Source: the human T2T-CHM13v2.0 reference genome, Homo sapiens. From it: a DNA stretch of 64,000 bases. The stretch lies in NCBI RefSeq assembly GCF_009914755.1, contig NC_060930.1; one strand, written 5' to 3'. Position numbers and translations under genes: made by a program. The notes below the pieces were generated by a model. It was not told the DNA's origin. It was given only the letters and a program-made list of their open reading frames with translations, and ran no database searches. Below are positions 1 through 9,171 of the stretch, piece by piece (positions within the stretch are counted from its first letter, which is position 1; each line of letters starts with the position of its first letter).

Positions 1-441
1 GTGCATTCAATTCAAAGAGTGAAACCTCCCTTTTCACAGAGCAGTTTTGAAACACTGTTTTTGTAGGATTTCCAAGGGGATATTTATAGCGCATTGAGCC
101 TACGGCGGAAAAAGAAACATCTTCCTATAAAAACTAGACAGAATACTTCTCAGAATCTGCTTTGCGATGTGTGCGTTCAACTCACAGAGTAAAACTTTTC
201 TTTTGATAGAGCAGTTTTGAAACACTCTTTTTGTAGTATTTGCATGTGTATATTTAGAGCGCATTGAAGCCCACAGTAGAAAAGGAAATAACTTCACCTA
301 AAACCTAGACAGAAGCAATCTCAGAAACTACTTTGTGATGTGTACATTCAACTCACAGAGTGGAACTTTCCTCTTTATAGAGCAGTGTTGAAACACTCTT
401 TTTGTAGAAACTGCAAGTGGATATTTGGACCTCTTTGAGGC

Positions 442-458
442 CTTCGTTGGAAACGGGA
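442..458 (+). promoter_or_regulatory. CENP-B box (1 of 7 intact per 18-mer; recurs in each HOR)
   Basis: CTTCGTTGGAAACGGGA, exact canonical 17-mer. Confidence 0.95.
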
Positions 459-781
459 TTTCTTCCTATAACCCTAGACAGAAGAATTTTCAGAAACCTC
501 ATTGTGATGTGTGCGTTCATCTCACAGAGTGGAGTCTTCCGTTTGATAGAGAAGTTTTGAAACCCTGTTCTTGTAGGATTTCCAAGTGGATATTTAGACC
601 ACTTTGAAGCCTATGATAGAAAAGGAAACATCTTCATGGAAAACATAGATAGAATCATCCTCAGAAACAACTTTGTGATGTGTGCGTTGAACTCACCGTC
701 TTTAACCTTTCTTTTGGTAGAGAAGTTTTGAAACACTCTCTTTGTAAAGTCTACAAGTGGATATTTTGAGCCCTTGGAGGC

Positions 782-798
782 ATTCTTTGGAAAAGGGA
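782..798 (+). promoter_or_regulatory. Degenerate CENP-B box, predicted non-binding
   Basis: ATTCTTTGGAAAAGGGA lies 340 bp after the box at 442; both essential CpGs of TTCG....A..CGGG are lost. Confidence 0.8.
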
Positions 799-952
799 AT
801 GTCTTCACATAAAAGGCAGACGGAAGTGTTCTCAGAAACTGCTTTGTGATGTCTGTGTTCAACTCACAGAGTTTAACATTTCCTTTGATAGAGCGGTTTA
901 GTAACCCTCTCTTTGTAGAATTTGGAAGTGTATACTAAGAGCGCTTTGAGGC

Positions 953-969
953 CTATGGTAGAAAAGGAA
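953..969 (+). promoter_or_regulatory. pJalpha-type A box (example; A-type monomers largely alternate with B-type)
   Basis: CTATGGTAGAAAAGGAA at the monomer position homologous to the CENP-B box. Related boxes lie near 100, 271, 610, 1293, 1633, 1970, 2479 and 2819. Confidence 0.75.
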
Positions 970-1123
970 ATATCTTTCCATAAAAGCTAGACAGAAGCAA
1001 TCTCAGAAACTCCTTTGTGATGTCTGCATTCAACTCACCGAGTGGAACATTCCTCTTGAGAGAGCAGTTTGGAAACACTCTTTCTGTAGAATCAGCTTGT
1101 TTGTATTTGGACCTCCTTGAGGC

Positions 1124-1140
1124 CTTCGTTGGAAACGGGT
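1124..1140 (+). promoter_or_regulatory. CENP-B box
   Basis: CTTCGTTGGAAACGGGT; the nine core bases are intact. Confidence 0.92.
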
Positions 1141-1463
1141 TTTCATCTTATAAATCCAGACAGAAGAATTCTCAGAGTCTTCTTTGTGATGTGTGCTTTC
1201 AACTCACCGAGATAAAGATTTCTCTTGATAGAGCAATTTGGAAACACTCTTTTTGTAGAATTTGCAAGGGTACATTGAGAGCGCTTTCAGGCCTATGGTA
1301 GAAAAGGGAATATCTTTCCATAAAAGGTAGACAGAAGCAATCTCAGAAACTACTTTGTGATGTGTGCATTCAACTCACCGAGTGCAACGTTCCTCTTGAC
1401 CGAGCAGTTTGGAAACATTGTTTCTGTAGAATCTGCAAGTGGATATTTGGACCTCTTTGAGGC

Positions 1464-1480
1464 CTTCGTTGGAAACGGGA
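1464..1480 (+). promoter_or_regulatory. CENP-B box
   Basis: CTTCGTTGGAAACGGGA. Confidence 0.95.
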
Positions 1481-1552
1481 TTTCTTCCTATAAACCCAGA
1501 CAGAAGAATTCTCAGAGACTTCTTTGTGATGTGTGAATTCAACTCACAGTGT

Positions 1553-1558
1553 GGATCC
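1553..1558. other. BamHI site, once per HOR (predicts 3.06-kb and 2.55-kb fragments)
   Basis: gtGGATCCtt at the same offset in both HOR types; I saw no second GGATCC within a unit. Confidence 0.85.
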
Positions 1559-1803
1559 TTCCTTTTGATAGAGCAGTTTTGAAACCCTGTTTTTGTAGTA
1601 TTTCCAAGCGGATATTCGGAACGCCTTGAAGCGTACGGTAGAAAAGGAAATATCTTCCCATAAAACCTAGACAGAACCAATCTCAGAAACGACTTTGTGA
1701 TGTCTGCATTCAAGTCACAGAGTTGAACATTTCTCTTGATAGAGCAGTTTTGAAACCCTCTTTCTGAAGGATCTGCAAGTGGATATTTGGAACTCCTTTG
1801 GGT

Positions 1804-1820
1804 CTTCGTTGGAAACGGGA
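1804..1820 (+). promoter_or_regulatory. CENP-B box immediately upstream of the 15-mer deletion breakpoint
   Basis: CTTCGTTGGAAACGGGA. Confidence 0.95.
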
Positions 1821-2140
1821 TTTCTTCGTATAAATCTAGACAGAAGAATTCTCCGAAACTTCTTTGGTTGTGTGCATTCAAGTCACAGAGTGGAACCTTC
1901 CTTTGGATAGAGCAGTTTGAAACGCCGTGGTTGTAGTATTTCCAAGCGGATATTAGAGCGCCTTGAGGCCTATGGTAGAAAAGGAAATATCTTCCCATAA
2001 AACCTAGACGGAAGCAATCTCAGAAACTACTGTGTGATGGCTGCATTCCACACACACGGTGGAACATTTCTCTTGATAGAGCAGTTTTGAAACACTCTTT
2101 CTGTAGAATCTGCAAGTGGATAATTGGACCGCCTTGAGGC

Positions 2141-2157
2141 CTTCGTTGGAAACGGGA
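2141..2157 (+). promoter_or_regulatory. CENP-B box (absent from the 15-mer)
   Basis: CTTCGTTGGAAACGGGA. Confidence 0.95.
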
Positions 2158-2309
2158 TTTCTTCATGTTACTCTAGATAGAAGAATTCTCAAACACTGCT
2201 ATGTGATGTTTGCATTCAAGTCACAGAGTGCAACATTCCTCTTGGTAGAGCAGTTGGGAAACACTCCTTTTGTAGAATCTGCAATGGGATATTTGGACTT
2301 CTTTGAGGC

Positions 2310-2326
2310 CTTCGTTGGAAACGGGA
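2310..2326 (+). promoter_or_regulatory. CENP-B box in the adjacent monomer (B-B doublet; absent from the 15-mer)
   Basis: CTTCGTTGGAAACGGGA only 169 bp after the box at 2141. Confidence 0.95.
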
Positions 2327-2649
2327 TTTCTTCGTATGAATCTAGACAGAAGAATTCTCAGAAACTTCCTTGTGATGTGTGCATTCAACTCAGCGAGTGG
2401 CACCTTCCTTTGGATACAGCAGTTTTGAAACACTGTTTTTGTAGTATTTCCAAGCGGATATTTAGAGCGCCTTGAAGCCTATGCTAGAAATGGAAATATC
2501 TCCCCATAAAACCAAGACGGAAGCAATCTCAGAAACTAATGTGTGATGGCTGCATTCCACACACACGGTGGACCATTTCTCTTGATAGAGCAGTTTTGAA
2601 ACACTCTTTCTGTAGAATCTGCAAGTGGATAATTGGACCTCCTAGAGGC

Positions 2650-2666
2650 CTTCGTTGGAAACGGGA
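2650..2666 (+). promoter_or_regulatory. CENP-B box
   Basis: CTTCGTTGGAAACGGGA. Confidence 0.95.
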
Positions 2667-2988
2667 TTTCTTCATCTAAACCTACAGAGAAGAATTCTCA
2701 GTAACTTCTTCGGATGTGTGCATTCGACGCACAGAATGGAACATTCCCTTTGATAGAGCAGTTTTGAGACACCGTTTTTGTAGAATTCCCAAGTGGATAT
2801 TTAGAGCACTTTGAAGTCTCTGCTAGAAAAGGAAACATCTTCATGTAAAAAGTAGATAGAATCGTTCTCAGAAAGTGCTTAGTGACGTGTGCGTTCAACT
2901 CACAGAGTTTAACGTTTCTTTTGATAGAGCGTTTCTGAAACACCCTTCTTGTAGTAGCTGCAAGTGGATATTTGGACCTATTGGAGGC

Positions 2989-3005
2989 CTTCTTTGGAAA
3001 TGGGA
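2989..3005 (+). promoter_or_regulatory. Degenerate CENP-B box, predicted non-binding
   Basis: CTTCTTTGGAAATGGGA; both CpGs are lost (CG>CT, CG>TG). Confidence 0.8.
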
Positions 3006-6000
3006 TTTCTTCATGTAACTCTAGATTGAAGAGTTCTCAGAAACTCCTTTGTGATGTGTGCATTCAATTCAAAGAGTGAAACCTCCCTTTTCACAGAGCA
3101 GTTTTGAAACACTGTTTTTGTAGGATTTCCAAGGGGATATTTATAGCGCATTGAGCCTACGGCGGAAAAAGAAACATCTTCCTATAAAAACTAGACAGAA
3201 TACTTCTCAGAATCTGCTTTGCGATGTGTGCGTTCAACTCACAGAGTAAAACTTTTCTTTTGATAGAGCAGTTTTGAAACACTCTTTTTGTAGTATTTGC
3301 ATGTGTATATTTAGAGCGCATTGAAGCCCACAGTAGAAAAGGAAATAACTTCACCTAAAACCTAGACAGAAGCAATCTCAGAAACTACTTTGTGATGTGT
3401 ACATTCAACTCACAGAGTGGAACTTTCCTCTTTATAGAGCAGTGTTGAAACACTCTTTTTGTAGAAACTGCAAGTGGATATTTGGACCTCTTTGAGGCCT
3501 TCGTTGGAAACGGGATTTCTTCCTATAACCCTAGACAGAAGAATTTTCAGAAACCTCATTGTGATGTGTGCGTTCATCTCACAGAGTGGAGTCTTCCGTT
3601 TGATAGAGAAGTTTTGAAACCCTGTTCTTGTAGGATTTCCAAGTGGATATTTAGACCACTTTGAAGCCTATGATAGAAAAGGAAACATCTTCATGGAAAA
3701 CATAGATAGAATCATCCTCAGAAACAACTTTGTGATGTGTGCGTTGAACTCACCGTCTTTAACCTTTCTTTTGGTAGAGAAGTTTTGAAACACTCTCTTT
3801 GTAAAGTCTACAAGTGGATATTTTGAGCCCTTGGAGGCATTCTTTGGAAAAGGGAATGTCTTCACATAAAAGGCAGACGGAAGTGTTCTCAGAAACTGCT
3901 TTGTGATGTCTGTGTTCAACTCACAGAGTTTAACATTTCCTTTGATAGAGCGGTTTAGTAACCCTCTCTTTGTAGAATTTGGAAGTGTATACTAAGAGCG
4001 CTTTGAGGCCTATGGTAGAAAAGGAAATATCTTTCCATAAAAGCTAGACAGAAGCAATCTCAGAAACTCCTTTGCGATGTCTGCATTCAACTCACCGAGT
4101 GGAACATTCCTCTTGAGAGAGCAGTTTGGAAACACTCTTTCTGTAGAATCAGCTTGTTTGTATTTGGACCTCCTTGAGGCCTTCGTTGGAAACGGGTTTT
4201 CATCTTATAAACCCAGACAGAAGAATTCTCAGAGTCTTCTTTGTGATGTGTGCTTTCAACTCACCGAGATAAAGATTTCTCTTGATAGAGCAATTTGGAA
4301 ACACTCTTTTTGTAGAATTTGCAAGGGTACATTGAGAGCGCTTTCAGGCCTATGGTAGAAAAGGGAATATCTTTCCATAAAAGGTAGACAGAAGCAATCT
4401 CAGAAACTACTTTGTGATGTGTGCATTCAACTCACCGAGTGCAACGTTCCTCTTGACCGAGCAGTTTGGAAACATTGTTTCTGTAGAATCTGCAAGTGGA
4501 TATTTGGACCTCTTTGAGGCCTTCGTTGGAAACGGGATTTCTTCCTATAAACCCAGACAGAAGAATTCTCAGAGACTTCTTTGTGATGTGTGAATTCAAC
4601 TCACAGTGTGGATCCTTCCTTTTGATAGAGCAGTTTTGAAACCCTGTTTTTGTAGTATTTCCAAGCGGATATTCGGAACGCCTTGAAGCGTACGGTAGAA
4701 AAGGAAATATCTTCCCATAAAACCTAGACAGAACCAATCTCAGAAACGACTTTGTGATGTCTGCATTCAAGTCACAGAGTTGAACATTTCTCTTGATAGA
4801 GCAGTTTTGAAACCCTCTTTCTGAAGGATCTGCAAGTGGATATTTGGAACTCCTTTGGGTCTTCGTTGGAAACGGGATTTCTTCGTATAAATCTAGACAG
4901 AAGAATTCTCCGAAACTTCTTTGGTTGTGTGCATTCAAGTCACAGAGTGGAACCTTCCTTTGGATAGAGCAGTTTGAAACGCCGTGGTTGTAGTATTTCC
5001 AAGCGGATATTAGAGCGCCTTGAGGCCTATGGTAGAAAAGGAAATATCTTCCCATAAAACCTAGACGGAAGCAATCTCAGAAACTACTGTGTGATGGCTG
5101 CATTCCACACACACGGTGGAACATTTCTCTTGATAGAGCAGTTTTGAAACACTCTTTCTGTAGAATCTGCAAGTGGATAATTGGACCGCCTTGAGGCCTT
5201 CGTTGGAAACGGGATTTCTTCATGTTACTCTAGATAGAAGAATTCTCAAACACTGCTATGTGATGTTTGCATTCAAGTCACAGAGTGCAACATTCCTCTT
5301 GGTAGAGCAGTTGGGAAACACTCCTTTTGTAGAATCTGCAATGGGATATTTGGACTTCTTTGAGGCCTTCGTTGGAAACGGGATTTCTTCGTATGAATCT
5401 AGACAGAAGAATTCTCAGAAACTTCCTTGTGATGTGTGCATTCAACTCAGCGAGTGGCACCTTCCTTTGGATACAGCAGTTTTGAAACACTGTTTTTGTA
5501 GTATTTCCAAGCGGATATTTAGAGCGCCTTGAAGCCTATGCTAGAAATGGAAATATCTCCCCATAAAACCAAGACGGAAGCAATCTCAGAAACTAATGTG
5601 TGATGGCTGCATTCCACACACACGGTGGACCATTTCTCTTGATAGAGCAGTTTTGAAACACTCTTTCTGTAGAATCTGCAAGTGGATAATTGGACCTCCT
5701 AGAGGCCTTCGTTGGAAACGGGATTTCTTCATCTAAACCTACAGAGAAGAATTCTCAGTAACTTCTTCGGATGTGTGCATTCGACGCACAGAATGGAACA
5801 TTCCCTTTGATAGAGCAGTTTTGAGACACCGTTTTTGTAGAATTCCCAAGTGGATATTTAGAGCACTTTGAAGTCTCTGCTAGAAAAGGAAACATCTTCA
5901 TGTAAAAAGTAGATAGAATCGTTCTCAGAAAGTGCTTAGTGACGTGTGCGTTCAACTCACAGAGTTTAACGTTTCTTTTGATAGAGCGTTTCTGAAACAC

Positions 6001-9000
6001 CCTTCTTGTAGTAGCTGCAAGTGGATATTTGGACCTATTGGAGGCCTTCTTTGGAAATGGGATTTCTTCATGTAACTCTAGATTGAAGAGTTCTCAGAAA
6101 CTCCTTTGTGATGTGTGCATTCAATTCAAAGAGTGAAACCTCCCTTTTCACAGAGCAGTTTTGAAACACTGTTTTTGTAGGATTTCCAAGGGGATATTTA
6201 TAGCGCATTGAGCCTACGGCGGAAAAAGAAACATCTTCCTATAAAAACTAGACAGAATACTTCTCAGAATCTGCTTTGCGATGTGTGCGTTCAACTCACA
6301 GAGTAAAACTTTTCTTTTGATAGAGCAGTTTTGAAACACTCTTTTTGTAGTATTTGCATGTGTATATTTAGAGCGCATTGAAGCCCACAGTAGAAAAGGA
6401 AATAACTTCACCTAAAACCTAGACAGAAGCAATCTCAGAAACTACTTTGTGATGTGTACATTCAACTCACAGAGTGGAACTTTCCTCTTTATAGAGCAGT
6501 GTTGAAACACTCTTTTTGTAGAAACTGCAAGTGGATATTTGGACCTCTTTGAGGCCTTCGTTGGAAACGGGATTTCTTCCTATAACCCTAGACAGAAGAA
6601 TTTTCAGAAACCTCATTGTGATGTGTGCGTTCATCTCACAGAGTGGAGTCTTCCGTTTGATAGAGAAGTTTTGAAACCCTGTTCTTGTAGGATTTCCAAG
6701 TGGATATTTAGACCACTTTGAAGCCTATGATAGAAAAGGAAACATCTTCATGGAAAACATAGATAGAATCATCCTCAGAAACAACTTTGTGATGTGTGCG
6801 TTGAACTCACCGTCTTTAACCTTTCTTTTGGTAGAGAAGTTTTGAAACACTCTCTTTGTAAAGTCTACAAGTGGATATTTTGAGCCCTTGGAGGCATTCT
6901 TTGGAAAAGGGAATGTCTTCACATAAAAGGCAGACGGAAGTGTTCTCAGAAACTGCTTTGTGATGTCTGTGTTCAACTCACAGAGTTTAACATTTCCTTT
7001 GATAGAGCGGTTTAGTAACCCTCTCTTTGTAGAATTTGGAAGTGTATACTAAGAGCGCTTTGAGGCCTATGGTAGAAAAGGAAATATCTTTCCATAAAAG
7101 CTAGACAGAAGCAATCTCAGAAACTCCTTTGCGATGTCTGCATTCAACTCACCGAGTGGAACATTCCTCTTGAGAGAGCAGTTTGGAAACACTCTTTCTG
7201 TAGAATCAGCTTGTTTGTATTTGGACCTCCTTGAGGCCTTCGTTGGAAACGGGTTTTCATCTTATAAACCCAGACAGAAGAATTCTCAGAGTCTTCTTTG
7301 TGATGTGTGCTTTCAACTCACCGAGATAAAGATTTCTCTTGATAGAGCAATTTGGAAACACTCTTTTTGTAGAATTTGCAAGGGTACATTGAGAGCGCTT
7401 TCAGGCCTATGGTAGAAAAGGGAATATCTTTCCATAAAAGGTAGACAGAAGCAATCTCAGAAACTACTTTGTGATGTGTGCATTCAACTCACCGAGTGCA
7501 ACGTTCCTCTTGACCGAGCAGTTTGGAAACATTGTTTCTGTAGAATCTGCAAGTGGATATTTGGACCTCTTTGAGGCCTTCGTTGGAAACGGGATTTCTT
7601 CCTATAAACCCAGACAGAAGAATTCTCAGAGACTTCTTTGTGATGTGTGAATTCAACTCACAGTGTGGATCCTTCCTTTTGATAGAGCAGTTTTGAAACC
7701 CTGTTTTTGTAGTATTTCCAAGCGGATATTCGGAACGCCTTGAAGCGTACGGTAGAAAAGGAAATATCTTCCCATAAAACCTAGACAGAACCAATCTCAG
7801 AAACGACTTTGTGATGTCTGCATTCAAGTCACAGAGTTGAACATTTCTCTTGATAGAGCAGTTTTGAAACCCTCTTTCTGAAGGATCTGCAAGTGGATAT
7901 TTGGAACTCCTTTGGGTCTTCGTTGGAAACGGGATTTCTTCGTATAAATCTAGACAGAAGAATTCTCCGAAACTTCTTTGGTTGTGTGCATTCAAGTCAC
8001 AGAGTGGAACCTTCCTTTGGATAGAGCAGTTTGAAACGCCGTGGTTGTAGTATTTCCAAGCGGATATTAGAGCGCCTTGAGGCCTATGGTAGAAAAGGAA
8101 ATATCTTCCCATAAAACCTAGACGGAAGCAATCTCAGAAACTACTGTGTGATGGCTGCATTCCACACACACGGTGGAACATTTCTCTTGATAGAGCAGTT
8201 TTGAAACACTCTTTCTGTAGAATCTGCAAGTGGATAATTGGACCGCCTTGAGGCCTTCGTTGGAAACGGGATTTCTTCATGTTACTCTAGATAGAAGAAT
8301 TCTCAAACACTGCTATGTGATGTTTGCATTCAAGTCACAGAGTGCAACATTCCTCTTGGTAGAGCAGTTGGGAAACACTCCTTTTGTAGAATCTGCAATG
8401 GGATATTTGGACTTCTTTGAGGCCTTCGTTGGAAACGGGATTTCTTCGTATGAATCTAGACAGAAGAATTCTCAGAAACTTCCTTGTGATGTGTGCATTC
8501 AACTCAGCGAGTGGCACCTTCCTTTGGATACAGCAGTTTTGAAACACTGTTTTTGTAGTATTTCCAAGCGGATATTTAGAGCGCCTTGAAGCCTATGCTA
8601 GAAATGGAAATATCTCCCCATAAAACCAAGACGGAAGCAATCTCAGAAACTAATGTGTGATGGCTGCATTCCACACACACGGTGGACCATTTCTCTTGAT
8701 AGAGCAGTTTTGAAACACTCTTTCTGTAGAATCTGCAAGTGGATAATTGGACCTCCTAGAGGCCTTCGTTGGAAACGGGATTTCTTCATCTAAACCTACA
8801 GAGAAGAATTCTCAGTAACTTCTTCGGATGTGTGCATTCGACGCACAGAATGGAACATTCCCTTTGATAGAGCAGTTTTGAGACACCGTTTTTGTAGAAT
8901 TCCCAAGTGGATATTTAGAGCACTTTGAAGTCTCTGCTAGAAAAGGAAACATCTTCATGTAAAAAGTAGATAGAATCGTTCTCAGAAAGTGCTTAGTGAC

Positions 9001-9171
9001 GTGTGCGTTCAACTCACAGAGTTTAACGTTTCTTTTGATAGAGCGTTTCTGAAACACCCTTCTTGTAGTAGCTGCAAGTGGATATTTGGACCTATTGGAG
9101 GCCTTCTTTGGAAATGGGATTTCTTCATGTAACTCTAGATTGAAGAGTTCTCAGAAACTCCTTTGTGATGT

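Larger units (their letters stand above)
1..9171 (+). repeat. Three 18-mer HOR copies (3057 bp each; units 1-3)
   Basis: Marker ORF at 100, 3157, 6214, 9271 (spacing 3057). Confidence 0.97.

Noticed and set aside
2049-2058. Short (CA)n tract cacacacacg (also near 2558)
   Set aside because: Only 4-5 units long and invariant across HOR copies; it is a monomer variant of caactcacag, not a microsatellite.
442-2666. CRISPR-like pattern of a conserved ~25-bp motif (gaggccttcgttggaaacgggattt) separated by variable sequence
   Set aside because: The motif is the CENP-B box. The intervening 150-320+ bp stretches are homologous monomers rather than unique spacers, and there are no cas genes or leader.
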